A DNA stretch of 64,000 bases from Marsupella aquatica (GCA_973895155.1 OZ316893.1:5532171-5596170); one strand, 5' to 3'. Shown: positions 13,298-26,919, counted from the first letter of the stretch. Made by a program: numbers and translations. Notes: generated from the letters alone by a model not told the origin.

Positions 13298-13930
13298 CCA
13301 CAATGGACGACAGGCCTGTCGCGGCAGAGTCTCTCGTATTCAAAGTTGATTGCTGGTCTACCCTCTTGATAGGTGCCCCGAGGAATCATCATCACGAATT
13401 CTGAGCGCAATACAATGGATTGCAGGCCGGTAGCAGCAGAGTCTCTTACACTCAAAGGTTGATCTCTGGTCACCACCGCGATCCACCGAAGTGTTTCCGC
13501 ACTGACGGGAGCACTCGGACACCTGATGACCCACATTGTGAGCATAACTGAGGAATGCAAGCGCACGAAGTGGGCATCCCACCCGTCGAATCGGGCGTTT
13601 GCAAAGCGTCTTTCTGTCACCAGTGTAATCGCTCTGGCCATAAGTTGAACTATCTGCCATCAATCACAGAACGGAAATGAGTGAACCACAATGTAATGAG
13701 TCTCGAAACATGCATGTCTCGAAACTCTGGCCTCCTTCAACTGTTGTTCCCAGTGCTCAGTAGGTCTGCAGAGGACTTCGTCGAGCCGAAGCCGTAGAGA
13801 ATAGGCGAGTTCCATTTCCTGTCAACCCAATCGCTAGTGAGCATGAACTCCAAGAAAACGAGCTACAAACTCACGTGTCTAAACGGGATCTCGAGCTATC
13901 ACTGACCTTTCAGAATCTCCACCATATTAT

Positions 13931-14103
13931 GCCTCCATTGAATAGCTGAAGATTACTTGCCTTGCGAACTGGGCAGCCCTCATCCCTTTGTAACTCCATC
14001 GCAATGTTACCTCCTCGGGAGCTCCACATTGCGCCTCCATTGAACAACTGAAGATTACTTTGCCTATTGAGCTGGGCACCCTCATCCCTTTTGTACCTCC
14101 ATC
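13931..14103. repeat. ~100-bp-period degenerate tandem duplication
   Basis: gcctccattgaa..ctgaagattactt...ctgggca..cctcatccctt occurs twice. Confidence 0.7.
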
Positions 14104-14238
14104 TCCATGTTTCCGCCTGAGACTACCTTGGTACTTGGGGGCACCCCACCATGCAATTGCACAACTCATTTTTTTCGCCAATACATCGATGCCGCATAAA
14201 TGCTGGAACTAAGTTTACTCAGGGACAATTTAGAATTT

Positions 14239-15519
14239 GACATATCGCTTTTTGGCATATTTCTTCTATTGGCCACCAGTTCTCTCGGCCCTCTCTTTTT
14301 CGCTGCTCCATATTCATCAAAATACTCTCTAGATAAATGATTGACGATTCATAGTTATAGTCTTAGGCTATGTGGTTTTCAATTCAGGTTTCTGCGGCCT
14401 CTCGGATGCGGGAACTTGACCTCTTTTTCTTCTCAATCCGAGAATTAGCTGATATATTATAGCACCTTTCTATTCCTGCTTTTGAGGATTCCTGAGAGCT
14501 GGTTATCTGAATCTAGACAGCGTATCGTCCTAAGTTACCCAGATCACCTACTAATCATAGTATAGTGTTATTTCTCATATTCTTGGATGGACCACTGCGC
14601 TTTTTCCTGGCTCGGTCACTTGCCTTGGTTTCGAGCTGGTTCGTGCTCTCTCCTTTCTCTCGCCTGGCTGGCATAATCAACGGATGAAGGCAATCAAACG
14701 GATACATACAGCCTTTATCTCAATCACTAAGGCGCCCCATCTCTAGTACATGTTTTTACCCTGCAGGCTCAACCGCCCGCCTTCCGTCCACAGCCCATTT
14801 GTTCTACCATTATGGATTCTGCTCCCCAGGTCGGCTATCTCCGCTTTGGGCGCCCACAATCTTGCAAAAAAGCACGCATATGTATTCTTCTACCTTCGCG
14901 CCGGATGGGCCTTGGATACCATATGGACTCTGGATAAATCAGATGGATCTCCGAGCTTCTCCATGTTTCGGAGCCTCCTATCTAAGTAGCTATCCCGCGG
15001 GAGTCCGTGCTTCTAAATTCTCCTCGGCCGTAATGTATCTTTGGGTGGGTTGCGGCTCTCAACTGGCAGGGTGGTGGATCTGGGCATATTGGCCTCGTTT
15101 GGGACAAAGCTCTTTTCCCTTGCTCGTCCCACTTTTGATGCGGAGTGGACCTCTCTTGACTGCGATAAATTCTGGGGTTGCGTTCAGTTTGTTGTTGCCA
15201 GCCAGCGATTGATCGGGGTTGGCACTTTCTCGGTTTGGTTCGTGGCAGTTTCCGGCTTTGGTTGGGGCCGGTTGTCCGATTCTCTGTTCCCTCACTTCCC
15301 CTGGGTCCCTCCTTTCCATCCTTGCTCTGCCTCCTTCCCTCATGGCAGTTTTGGTGGTGGGTCTCATTCTCCATTTCTCTGGGGGTGCCCCCCTCTTTTG
15401 GCCTCCCTTAATTGTCTCTTTCTTCCCTGCCTCCTCCTCCTTGGCAGGCTTTTGTTGGCTCCTCGTGTTTTGGAATAAAGTTTTGGCCATTGGCCTTTGA
15501 AAAAATGATAAATAAATAA
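14239..15519 (+). mobile_element. Degenerate 5'-truncated non-LTR retrotransposon (LINE) copy
   Basis: 12-bp TSD aatttagaattt at 14227-14238 and 15520-15531. A-rich tail, pyrimidine-rich 3' UTR, and a stop-riddled frame starting HIAFWHI that resembles a LINE ORF2 C-terminus. Confidence 0.65.
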
Positions 15520-15714
15520 AATTTAGAATTTATTGGCTATTACACAAGTATGTCCATTTTTGCGTTTGTGGCTTCTTCACAGTCGTGGCTGACTAATGTA
15601 CCTTTCTCTTTCTGGTCAGACAGGGCACCAAACCCAGTGGTGTTTAGTATACTAGTGTATCAGTTCTTCAACTTTTATAAGGTCACTAGCCCAGTTGCCC
15701 GTGTCTTACACTGA

Positions 15715-16410
15715 AGATGTCAAGGTGAAAAATAGATGTAAAGGAGAGAAAATGATTTCAAGGTGAGGAAAAGAGGTCGGTGCGCAAGAGAAAAAGAGGT
15801 AGAGGTCGATGAGAGAAAAAGATGTCAAGGAGAAGAAAATATGTTGAAATGAGATAAGATGTCAAGGAGAGAGAAAAATATTGAGATGAGCAAAAGATGT
15901 GAAGGAGAGAAAAAGACTTTCAAGTAATAAATAGATGTTGAGGAGAGAAAAAACATCAAGGTAGCAAAATATGTCAAGGAGAGAAAAGATGCTAAGGTGA
16001 GCAAGAGATGTTGACAAGAGTAAAGATGTCAAGGAAAGAAAAACATGTGAAGGAGAGAAAACACGTCCAAGTAAGAAAGAGACATTTATTTCATGGACCC
16101 CCAAAAATGCAGTGTTTCTTGATGGACCCTTGAGTGATCCAGACCATTGATAGATCTCAAATCAATGTATACACAAGCTCAGGTGGTCTCATGGGGTCTA
16201 TTAAGTAAGACATTTCAATATAGAGGTCCATCAAGTATAATTATCTCTCATGTAAGAAATAGATGTCAAAGTGAGGAAAAAACATGTAAAGGAGTGAAAA
16301 GCCGCCAAGATGAGAAAAACATGTCAAGATGAGACAAAGAGTCAAGGTGAAAGAAGATGTCATGAGAGGGAAAGATGATGAAGATAAAATATGTAAGATG
16401 CTCAAATACA
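15715..16410. repeat. Degenerate ~19-bp purine-rich minisatellite (gatgtcaaggagagaaaaa), interrupted at about 16090-16240
   Basis: Many tandem variants of gatgtcaagg(a/t)gagaaaa. Confidence 0.75.
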
Positions 16411-16558
16411 AATATGAGTACATGTTGAAGAGATTGATACCACACTCATGCAAACTTTATTCATGCTCAATAAAGATGCTCATCATACACAATATTTTTG
16501 GTCAACCTTGCATGACCCTCCTCGGAATCCGAAATTAATGGGGAAAGTAAAACTTTAA

Positions 16559-16577
16559 TATATATATATATATATAT
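16559..16577. repeat. (TA)n microsatellite
   Basis: TA dinucleotide run. Confidence 0.9.
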
Positions 16578-18314
16578 TAAAGTGATGGGGGTATGTGAGC
16601 ACAGAACAGGCTATAGCGACGGGGGCAGATGCGGTTTGCAGGGTGCGTGGATGGAGATTTTTTTTCCCTACCTTGTGGTCTCCCGTCCCGTCCCGTCCTG
16701 TCCGCTCCCTCTCCTTTCTCTCCTCCGTCTCGTGCTCACCCTCCCTTGTGTTATCATTGCAAAAAGTGTGTCACTTGTTGAGAAATGTTGCCCAATGCAA
16801 TCAAACAATGGAGAAGTCAACAAAGAAATAGGGAACGACACAAATGGGTAGAGAGTCAGAGTTAGAGAAAGGGTTAGGCCAGCCTTAAGGTGAGAGCTAG
16901 GGTGAGACTAATATAGACACATGGCAAGTCAAGTAGTGTGTTGGGCAACAGATGAACCAAGCAAGCCCCCTAATGGCTTCTCTCTCCCACGGGCTCTCCC
17001 ATTGGTCCCACAATCTTCTCCCCTAGTTTGGGGAATCCAATGGTCACCAAAAATGTCACATAAATTACATGACCTTTATTTTATCAAATTCTTAAATTTC
17101 TCATTTAGCCTTTTTTTTATCATTTTCCTTCCTCCTTCCTCCTTCCTCCTTGCTTTTTCCATTTCCTTCCCCACCCTCCACGTGACTTGGAGAGGGCTTG
17201 CGGTGCTGGACAGGCCTGTGGAGGAGTTGGGCGCCATGAGTTGAGGAGTCAGGGTGGGCAGAAGGAGAGCGGGAAGGAGAGTGGAAGGGTGGAAGAAAGG
17301 CGGAACACATGGAGGGTGCGTGGGGTTAGATGGCCATGGAGTGAGTTGTGGATGGAGGCAGGGGCAGTACATTGGGTTTTGCCTTACATCTGGCCAGTGT
17401 GGAGAGGGCCACGAAAGGAAGGCACGCGGGGAAAAGGACATGAAAGGAATTCAAGAGCAAAAATTAATAGGATAATCAATGAATTGAGAGGTGGATCCCA
17501 TCCTGATGAGAGATTGACAAATCTCAAGGGGGGCCAGGTAAATGATTGCCCTGCACCCCCATACATGCTATGACCAAGCCAACAGTACTTGCACCTTCCC
17601 ACACACCTTAATTTGCTTTCCTGGTTTAAAAAACGTTGCCCCTCCCTTCCCCCCAAGGAAAAAGAATCACACAACGCAACAACTGACAAAAATCACATAT
17701 GGTCTCTTCAATAATAAATATATAATAACAAACTCCAAAAGGTATCTCCCTGAATCTCCCCCCAAAAATTGAAAATATATCACACTGTCAAAAAAACAGG
17801 AATGCCAAACCGGGAGACATGGTCCCAAAGGCGAAAGAACCCAATAAAGGGGGTGAAGGACCCCCAAAAGACCAACTAAGGCCCAACACGTCAAGGGGTA
17901 ACCCAGAAAAACCAAAAGACTAAGAAACAAACAAAACCCTTCTAAAAAGAGAGAAAACTATTAATAAATGACAGAAACTATTTCTTGGTAGTGTTTCCCT
18001 CTCCTTATGGTTCTTCCAATAATGATTGAGTGGAGGTTGTACCTTCTACCTCTTTATGCATGTAGTCATGCCCATTAAATTGTATGTAGATACCATAGAT
18101 TACTTATTCATGTATATAGACACATTTTATAGGTTGCCTCAACTTTAGATAATCTCAGATTTCCCAAAAAGTGACAAAATAAATCTAAAGGTGTACATGA
18201 GTACCCACCAAAAGCTAATTAGTAAGCAGACGATAACTTCTTTTGGCTTCTTTTGGCCGGATTCCTTCTTTTGGCCCAATTCTATATTATAGATGTAGAT
18301 TAGATGCCTACCAA

Positions 18315-18455
18315 AATGAATGGAAGGGATCAATAAGGAAACTCCCAAAATGAATGGAAGTAATTCAATAAGGAAATGACTACTGAAATGAATGGAAGGA
18401 ATCCAATAAGAAAATGCGCACCAAAATAAATGTAAGGGAATCAATAAGGGAATGT
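18315..18455. repeat. ~35-40-bp degenerate tandem repeat, 4 copies
   Basis: aaatgaatggaag..atcaataaggaaa recurring. Confidence 0.65.
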
Positions 18456-19143
18456 AAGCCACATTTTGTGCTTGTCAAGAGGGCGTGATAGTCAGCTTGG
18501 GAGTAGCCCTCCTGCCACACCTCTGGCCACCCAGTCTCCTCCAGCTACCATAGTGGTAGTCCTCCGGCTTCTGGCCGGCTGGTGGAGGGTATAGGGTAGG
18601 TTGGGTTGGCTGCCCTCCCGTCTATGCCCTTTTATGCTTGTAGGGTGGCTTTACAAGATTTTGGTGGCAATTTCCACTCATTTTTTGGTCTCCAATATCT
18701 GATCAGGATCATCCCTTGGGTAGAACCTGCTCTTGTTCATTTTACAAAATGTTGGGGGCACTTTCAAACTAACCTGTTACCCATTCTACATGGAATTGAG
18801 TGGGGCTCAATCTTTGTTTATGTGGAGCTCATTTTTGTCTCAGATTTTAGACAACCTATATTGGATGTCTCTTCTGGACGCCTTGGTTCATTCCTATCTA
18901 AGTTACTTGGTCCCACAAGTCCTTCAAAAAATATTCGCTTGTCATAGTTAGAAAGCCTCTAGTGCAAGAATACTCAGGAGTGGGTCCCTAATGTGTCGTT
19001 AGCAAATTAATCTAGCACCTCCTTTACAAAAATGCTTTTAGCCCCAAGACAATAAACTTTCCCTAAAATTACTTTGAATAGGTACATCAATAATTTAACC
19101 TTGCTGATCTGACTTTCAAAAAACATTTTATTTATTTATTAAA

Positions 19144-19471
19144 CCAATTGGCTTAGGTCAATTGGCTAGGGGATTTGCCTGGAACTGAGAGGTCCCAGGT
19201 TCAATTCCCCCTCCACACACTGGGATGTGGAGGGTATATGTGTGTGGGTGGGATGGGTTTTGTGGGTAGTGGATTGGAGTTCTGGTTATCTGCTCGGCCC
19301 CTGGTCGTCCACTTTGTGGCCCTGATTTAATTCTCTCTCTTTCCTGGTGCGGGTCCCTGTCGGATCTGTTGGGGCTCACCCTGGTCTGGGTTCCCTACAG
19401 AAAAACTGTCACATTGGGATGGGGGGAGTCTAATTGTATTTCCTCCCCATTTCCGTTCAAGACAAAAAAAA
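19144..19471 (+). mobile_element. tRNA-derived SINE
   Basis: Pol III box A-like taggtcaattgg (19154-19165) and box B ggttcaattcc (19198-19208). A-tail at about 19464-19471; imperfect TSD acattttatt on both sides. Confidence 0.75.
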
Positions 19472-22400
19472 CACATTTTATTATTAAAATGCATAATAGT
19501 ATGGAAAGATTCATATCAAGATAGTTCGGAAAGATTCATATCAAGATAGTTTTTTTCCTACTAATGATATTCTGCAATAGGATTTCATTTTTTATTAACA
19601 TTTTGAAAAACGAATTTGTGAATACCTATATAGTTTTTGCCTAAAATAGTTTGTCCATAAACTTTTGACATTTTGAAAAGATTTTTTCTAGATGCCTACA
19701 TAGTTTTTTGCCTAAACAGTTTTATCCATCAACTTTTGTTAAAGTGAAAATGCTAATTTCAACAATGCTTATAGCATTTGAAGAATGCATAAAAAGCCCA
19801 GGTAATTGGACAACATTAAAACCATTTAATATGAAACTATAATTCTGTCCTAAATTACGTAATCAAGGGATAATGTAATTAACTTTTTTCTGGTAATTTT
19901 TGTTTGGTTTAAGGTTAGAATCCAGCTAAAGTTTAACCGTTAGTAGATGAAGCTTCAATGGCAGCTAAATCTAGAGGGAAAATATGAGCAAACGTTCATG
20001 CATAACTTCCATACCAAGTGTTAATTACACTACCTTGATTGTCAACTACAGATTGGTTGAAGTTGAAACAGTCCAAGTTGAATGCCATAGTGGTAATAAA
20101 TACCTAATAAAAGCAAATACGTGGGACAGGCCAATCTAATAATTAGATTGGCAACTCAGTGGCAAACAGAGGGTATATGTAGTGTGTAAAGTGTCCCTCC
20201 AGTTTGCTTTGGTTAAAAAACCTCACAGGTGCCCCCAACGTCTTTAAAGTCATTCTTGGGCTATCCCCTTTTATGCTTGTTAAGCTATTCCCTTTTGTGC
20301 TTGTTAAGAGGGCCTGGTCCCCATCTGGACCAGAATCTCTCCTGACAGCCTGGCAGTACCCCTCAGACTACACCTCTTGCCACCACAGTCCCAGGCTTCC
20401 AACCAGCTGCCCATAGCCCTCCTTCCCCTAGCCCTCCTCCCCATACCCATCCAGTCTCAGAATCCTCCTACACATTGCCCTCCTGCCCATAGCTCTCCAC
20501 CCTTGCTTTCATGCGTTTTCAAGAGAATATGAGTTTAAACAGCAAGCATAGCAAATGAGTTTTACTTGCAATCATGGATACACGTTTCGAGGTTTTTCTA
20601 CCCCAGCTCACAAAACACAAAAAATAGCCCACAAACAAACATCTTTTACTCCAGCCAAGTGTGTCCCTTCAATATTCGTGTTTAACCTGCCATCATGGGT
20701 CTAAAATATTTGCGAAAAGTTGCAGCTTTTTCTATCCCCAATTACCAATACACAAAAAATAGTGAAAATAAATTTTGCCAAAATCAATGAAGTGTGCCCC
20801 TTCAATAAACGTGCTCTAGCCTGCCACTCATCAGGCTAGAACCTCTGCAAAATGTTGTCACTTTTTCTACTTCCATCGCACAATACAAAAACATAAGCAA
20901 ATTAGTTTGTGGACTCTTGTGAGGAAATCACATAATGTTTGTGAGGAAAGTAACTGATAACTGTTTTTTCACAAATTTCATTGGAGATAATTTTTCACAT
21001 CCAGCTCAAGCACTACCCTTGTCTCACCACGGATGTGAATCTCCTTCTTACCTTCTTAGGCAGGCCTCAATGTCATCTGGTGGCCTTTCAAGCCAAACAT
21101 TTCCAACCACCAGTGAGATGAGATGAGCTCACAGTCAAGCTTACGAACTAACCTGTAGGAAATACAATCAATCCAGTGTTGATGAGATGTGGAGATTACT
21201 TCATTATAAAACTGGGTTTCCCGTTAAATTTGCTAATGTTCTGAGAAAAACCTAGACCAAAATCAATTATATCTCCCAAAGCAACGAGGCCATGGTCTGG
21301 AAACGTCCGGTGACATACAAAAACTCCTAGACATTATTCAAAAATGTCTCGACCAGCGCCTGGTAGTGCTTCACTTGACGCGCAGAATAAGTAGAATCGC
21401 TACAGTAAGAGTGACAGGTGAAAGCGGATTTCATGTTGCAAGTGACTTGAGAACAAACCAAAGTACTACAGAGTTGAAGACCCCAATCATCTATCTAATT
21501 CCCTGTTCTCAACTTTCACCCCAACTGGATGATATCTCGACATAGAACACAAATTGTGGAACAAAGGTTGAATCAGGTGGAGACTGAGTGTGTGAATAAG
21601 GATGGGAAACAGTGCTCCAAACTTCTTGCTTGCAACGTGTCAAGCGGATCCCTCTCACACCATCCTGGCGTCTCAACGAATGATAATCTGAAGCAATGAG
21701 TTGATAAGATGGCTTCGGAGGAGGCCAGTAATGCAACTAATGCTTATCCTAAGTGCCACTTGATTTCGGAAACTCATTGTTCAAATATAAGTCTGATAAG
21801 CCCTCTGGAAATCCGAACTGCAAGAAACAGAGTGAGTGTCATGGTGCCCTTCAATCGAAAGACATCAAGAAACTACTTGCTCATGTACCTACAATAAGGA
21901 AGATAAAAATGATGGGATTAAACAGAGTAGGGACCAAAACTTGACAACGACACTCGAGCGTTATGTTTTTGTGGTACAGAAGGGACAAGTAACAGTGACG
22001 AAGTTGACGAGCATCCCATCCAGTCCTCTGTCCATTCCAATATACCAAGCAAATTTTCCAGCCGATGTCTCTCTGACTGTTCCTCACTAGTCCACAACTC
22101 CAGCTCAAGCCTTTCCTTTCAGCCATTAGTTCCAATTGCATTGAGCTTTCACGGAGTCGTCAAACTTTTCTCAAGAGTCAACTTAAACCTCAAAGTCATC
22201 ATAGTCGACAACAAGCTTCAACTGTGGCATATACAGTTTGTGCTACAGAGAATATCTGCCTTCCTGTTATGGAATTGGGAAATTGGTGCATGTGCATCCC
22301 CCATCCTTCATTCGGGAAGTCTTAAGAAGATTCAACTTCCCATTGACTTGCCAGATACATCAACTCAATTCGGCTACCCAGTCTTCGACCCCGACGTGTA

Positions 22401-22777
22401 GGATAAAGGTGTTAAGCAAATCAAGTTCACAGATAAACAACGTTTGTTTCTTGAGTATGCTTGCCCAAAAAGTTTAACAGCTTAAGTAGGATATTAGCTG
22501 GACTTCAGCTAAAGCTAGCTCAGACGGAAAACTATTCACAAAGCAGTTCTTGGTCAATCATTAAATAATAGAAAATTCAAGATCCACATTTGAAACGAAC
22601 AACCCTAATCCAAGTTCGACCTGTAGAACAATCAAAGGGGATTATGAAGGCGACTTGGAAATAGATGGATAGAAATATTCAACGGGAATACTTGGTGAGA
22701 AATGCCCTCTGCTTTCACTACAAATCGATACTGGTGGGCAGACAGATTGACAATATTGAGATATTGATCCACCTTCC

Positions 22778-23370
22778 TCACAGTTCTGCCTTCCCTTTAG
22801 GTTTCAGTGGTGCGTCGCACGTCTCCTCCGAGGAAAGGGGTTCGACCACGGAGGGCCCAACTGCTTCACAAAGTGATCTCCAAATTGGAACAAGCTTTTC
22901 CAAAGGTGGGCGAAGACCAAGAAAAGTCAGCTCAAGGTTGTCCTCCCCACACAGGAGCAAAGCGAGATAAAAGTCACAGGACGGACTGCCTCGTTGATCA
23001 CGGGGGCCGCAATCTTCTCGAGAGGAAGGAATCGACGATGCACCCGCTTGCTAGAGTAGAAGGTTTCCAGTTTAGGGTTTAGGGTGGGCATCACCACTAT
23101 CACTCCTTCCGCCACTCTTTTCCTCCTTGCCCAAAGAAACAACGGACATCCGAACACAAGCAAGGCCCAGCGGAATTCTGCTCCCCATCTCTCCAAGATA
23201 GTGAGACCCACACAACTACAGACCAGCAGAAGCAGCACGCATTGGCGGCAGCTCCATCTCCTCCAACGCACGCTAATTCTGTGGGTTTTAACGAGGGAAC
23301 TTCCAGAGTTTTGACAGATGTATGACAATGTCAGCCCATTCTGCTGATACTTGAGATGTTCGACCCCCAT
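22778..23370 (-). pseudogene. PIG-H: PIG-H (GPI-GlcNAc transferase complex subunit H) homologue, intronless, with one frameshift
   Basis: ORF 23370-22927 has two TM segments then VVMPTL..KLETFYSS..HRRFLPLEKI..PVINEAVRPVT. It continues in another frame as YLALLLCGEDNLELTFLGLRPPLEKLVPIWRSLCEA, matching plant PIG-H (RFIPIDKI..PVL.ECVTP.T; L.LVFKELRPPL.ML.PIWKALC). The shift lies in a 4-nt homopolymer at 22969-22972, so it could be an assembly error. Confidence 0.8.
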
Positions 23371-26300
23371 AGAAACTCAGAGCTTAATTCACAATCCTCT
23401 CGTTCTCTCCCTGTCTGTCTCTATGTTCCCACAACAATATCATTACGAACGATATGAGCAAAGTCAATTTGTCCATGTCACCATGAAAGCAAATCCAATT
23501 CCATTGTCATACCAGAACTGAAGTCATTGGGCAGGGCTCCCTGTCAAAGGTTCACATACAATGAGGCACTACAGGTCTGCTCAGTGATCCAACGGGCTGA
23601 TCCCCATACACCTAATGGTATGGTTCTATAGGGAATGCAATAATCTTATACTGCATCTTAATACTTAACACATTCGGATTCAAGAAATAGACCTTGGGGG
23701 ATTACGCACTAGATTGACTATCCCAACGGAGCTGGCACAAGAGGCTTGACCTAAAAGAATTGAACCATTCTTTCTGTCCCTGAAAACATCGACCATTCGG
23801 TCCCTTTGCGAGATTTTGACGGGGCCGTGGCTGACCTTCAAATCTGCGTGTATGCCTGACACTTTGGCCATTGCCATTAAGATCCCTGTACTGTTCGACC
23901 TAGCAGTGCACCGATCTCGTTCTCTTAATGCCACTCTTCCGAATATTTTATCAGAATCCTCTGGAAACGGACCCCTCCATCTCCGTTTTCAATTTCTGAG
24001 CCACACTCGGCCAACTCTTCTCTGTAGTTGCACAAGGTCAAATGCGGATAACAATTATTCGTCTGCCCTGCAAGTCGCAAACAATTCGTCAAGAACGTAT
24101 GCAAACATCATGAGACTCACCGAACAAAACCAATGTGAAATTCAAAAGAGTTGCAAAATTAATCGCAATTATTGAGAAAATCGCGAATACCAGGTTGCGA
24201 ACGAAACCAACTGCAAATGCAAAGGAGAAAGGGTTGCATAACCATTCACTTCTGCGATTTTGCAAGCACTCCGAAAAACACCAACTGGAAGCAATGTACT
24301 CTAAAAGAATTGTGAAACCTTCTTCTTGTGACTTTTTGAGTGTGTTGTGAAATCTAACTGCAAGCGGAGAAGATGTATGAAACCAGCCACGTTCGCAATG
24401 TGTTAAGAGAATTAATTCAATGTTCCAACTGCAACCAGAGAGAGCATTGTGCAACCCTTCGCCACTTTTGGGAGAGTGGCAAAAATAAACTGCCAGCACA
24501 GAAAGAGGTGAGTCCCGCGGATGGAAGGAAACACCAAAAGGGAATGACTTGTGGGGAGGGGTGAAATTCAAGGGGAAACTTTGAACTGCACCGATTTACT
24601 CTGAGTTTGCCAAAATAATCAAGTACTGGCCCATATGACCTCTGTATCGGATTTGCACGTTTCTAAGTACATTCGTACCTGTAGGACACATGCTCTGAGT
24701 GAGTGAGTTTGCCAAAATGATCAAGTACTCCCATATGTTTTCTGAGAACAATACAACTTCAGTATGGGAATTGGACATTCTGAGTGCATTGGTACTCTCT
24801 AAGAAATCAAGTACCTCACTGACTTGATCTCACAACCTTTTGGTTTTATTATTTTCAGGAGCTTTCCAATTTGAGCGGGCTTCGAGATAACAACGGCAGC
24901 TTCAGCATATTCAGCGTAGGGATTGGACATCAACTGGACATCATATACTTCTGTTTGAGCTTTTGTGTTGTGTTTCTTTTGCACAAACGGGGCACTTGCT
25001 ACCCATGTGAACTTGTCTCTGGAGAGGTGTCATGGCGCCATAAAAAGTTCAACAGGAATCAATGTATCCTGAAGTTAATTGGACATTAAATCAGAGTGAC
25101 TTGACACGCGAAGTTGTGAAATGAAGTGAGTATCACAGACAGCGCGGAGCCGCCGATCCGATCATGTCTGGAGATAATGATGAGTCCAGGATACGTACAG
25201 TATACTGTGGACAATGGAAAGTGATGACCCTATGTATTGATCTCACGAGAGTAGTCTAATCAAAGCAGCGTTTTACCGCCACAAACAGAGTTGAATAAAT
25301 TTGAAAAAAATTAACAAGCTCGGCCGGTCTGGAATCATTGTGGTTGCAATTTGGAAAAAGCGCATAGAATCATGACCGAGTTCCCAGGTTGAATAGATTC
25401 TGCTGAATTTGACAATCACTTTCCACCACGAACAACCTCGATCGCCACCATTATCAAGGAGTGACGTAAGCAATTGTTTGTAGTTCCGAACCCACATGAT
25501 TTATGGTTAGCACGTTTCAACAACAATGGATCGCATGTAGCGTAAAGGACTTTCCCGCTATCACAAATAAGAAAATATTCTCCAGGTCGTCGTCATGATA
25601 TTCGACACGTTTGTGTGCGCAACGGAAGATGTTTAGAGAAATACAAAATCGTAATCATTCCTTGTCCATTGGTACTTCACATCATCACTCTTCACTTTAG
25701 TAACTTTTGAGGCTCTGTAGCACTCTTCATTCAATTGTTCGTTGCATGAAAGCACCTTTGCAACTGTGAGACCGGTCATTGCGTATCCTGCAGTGCGGGG
25801 TGTTGTCTACCATTGCATGCGCTGTCGAACAGAAAACACACAGGCTAACTCAAGTTCAAATCTAATTTCCCAGACAGTATTTTGCTGCCACCTGTTTGGC
25901 TTGAATGTATTTCGTGATCCGACGATCGGATTTGTTGTTTCTGCTCTTTTGTTTGTCGTCAGCTTCGTTTGAAGCGTAGCTCCCTCCCACTCCTACCAGA
26001 CAGGACTTGCCGCCAGCGTTGACAATGTTCGCAATTTCGCTGAGTTCGTGGACCAAGTCAGCGCCACAGTGATCTCTGTTAAGGCCTGGGCCAGTTCCCA
26101 TCCCGACTTGATAAGAGAAGCATTTCAGGTGGACTGGATCACTGAATAGATATCTTTGCATGGGGACTCCATCCCCATGCTGTGTTAAATGATAGGTGAC
26201 TCGGTCTTCTCGCAGGTATAATTGTACACGATAATAAGAATGTCGCCACGACTCTCTGATGTCCACCTGTACTTGTAAGCCTGACGCCGCACGTCACGAT

Positions 26301-26919
26301 TACTGTCGAGAGTTTTCCAGATAAACGCATAAGAATCGATCCATGCCAGCTTTGGGATTTGGGGTTGCAATCTGTTTAGTGTGCGTACTGTATTCGGTTG
26401 TGAGCTGAATTTTAGTACAGTCCCGTTGGAGCAAACATTTGTCTAAACCAGAATTGGTCTCAGTCAAGAGGTTGAATGCTGTCCAGCTGTTTGATTCAAA
26501 ATTTCTGAAGGTCGTCGGCAGGAGCCAGGACCCACACTGCTGTATAATGCGCTGTACAGTGCTGTGCAAGCTTCAAAAGTCAATTGATCTAGACCCAATC
26601 TGCACCACAGAGTACAGGATTGAACAGGCACAATGGCACAAGAAAGTCGTCCACGCTAAGAGCCATCTTGCATGTAATAAGAGGGCTTTCTTTTAAGTTC
26701 ATGCAATCATTCTCCCTAATTTGCTGCTGCTAGATGTCACTGGCCCAGCTTTAGTGGCCCCGCATAGTTTTGTCTTATTTTCATTTCACAAGTCAGGAAC
26801 TCAAGGGCCGTAAAGTGCCCTTGGTTCTCCAGTACCTATGTAGAGAGGAGGTTGAGGCGTACAATTGTCTGTCAATGTTTGAATGTCATCTGTCCTGTTA
26901 AGGGTAAAAATGCAAAAGC

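Noticed and set aside
14750-15500. Stack of overlapping ORFs on both strands
   Set aside because: Low-complexity, pyrimidine-rich LINE 3' UTR; no protein motifs.
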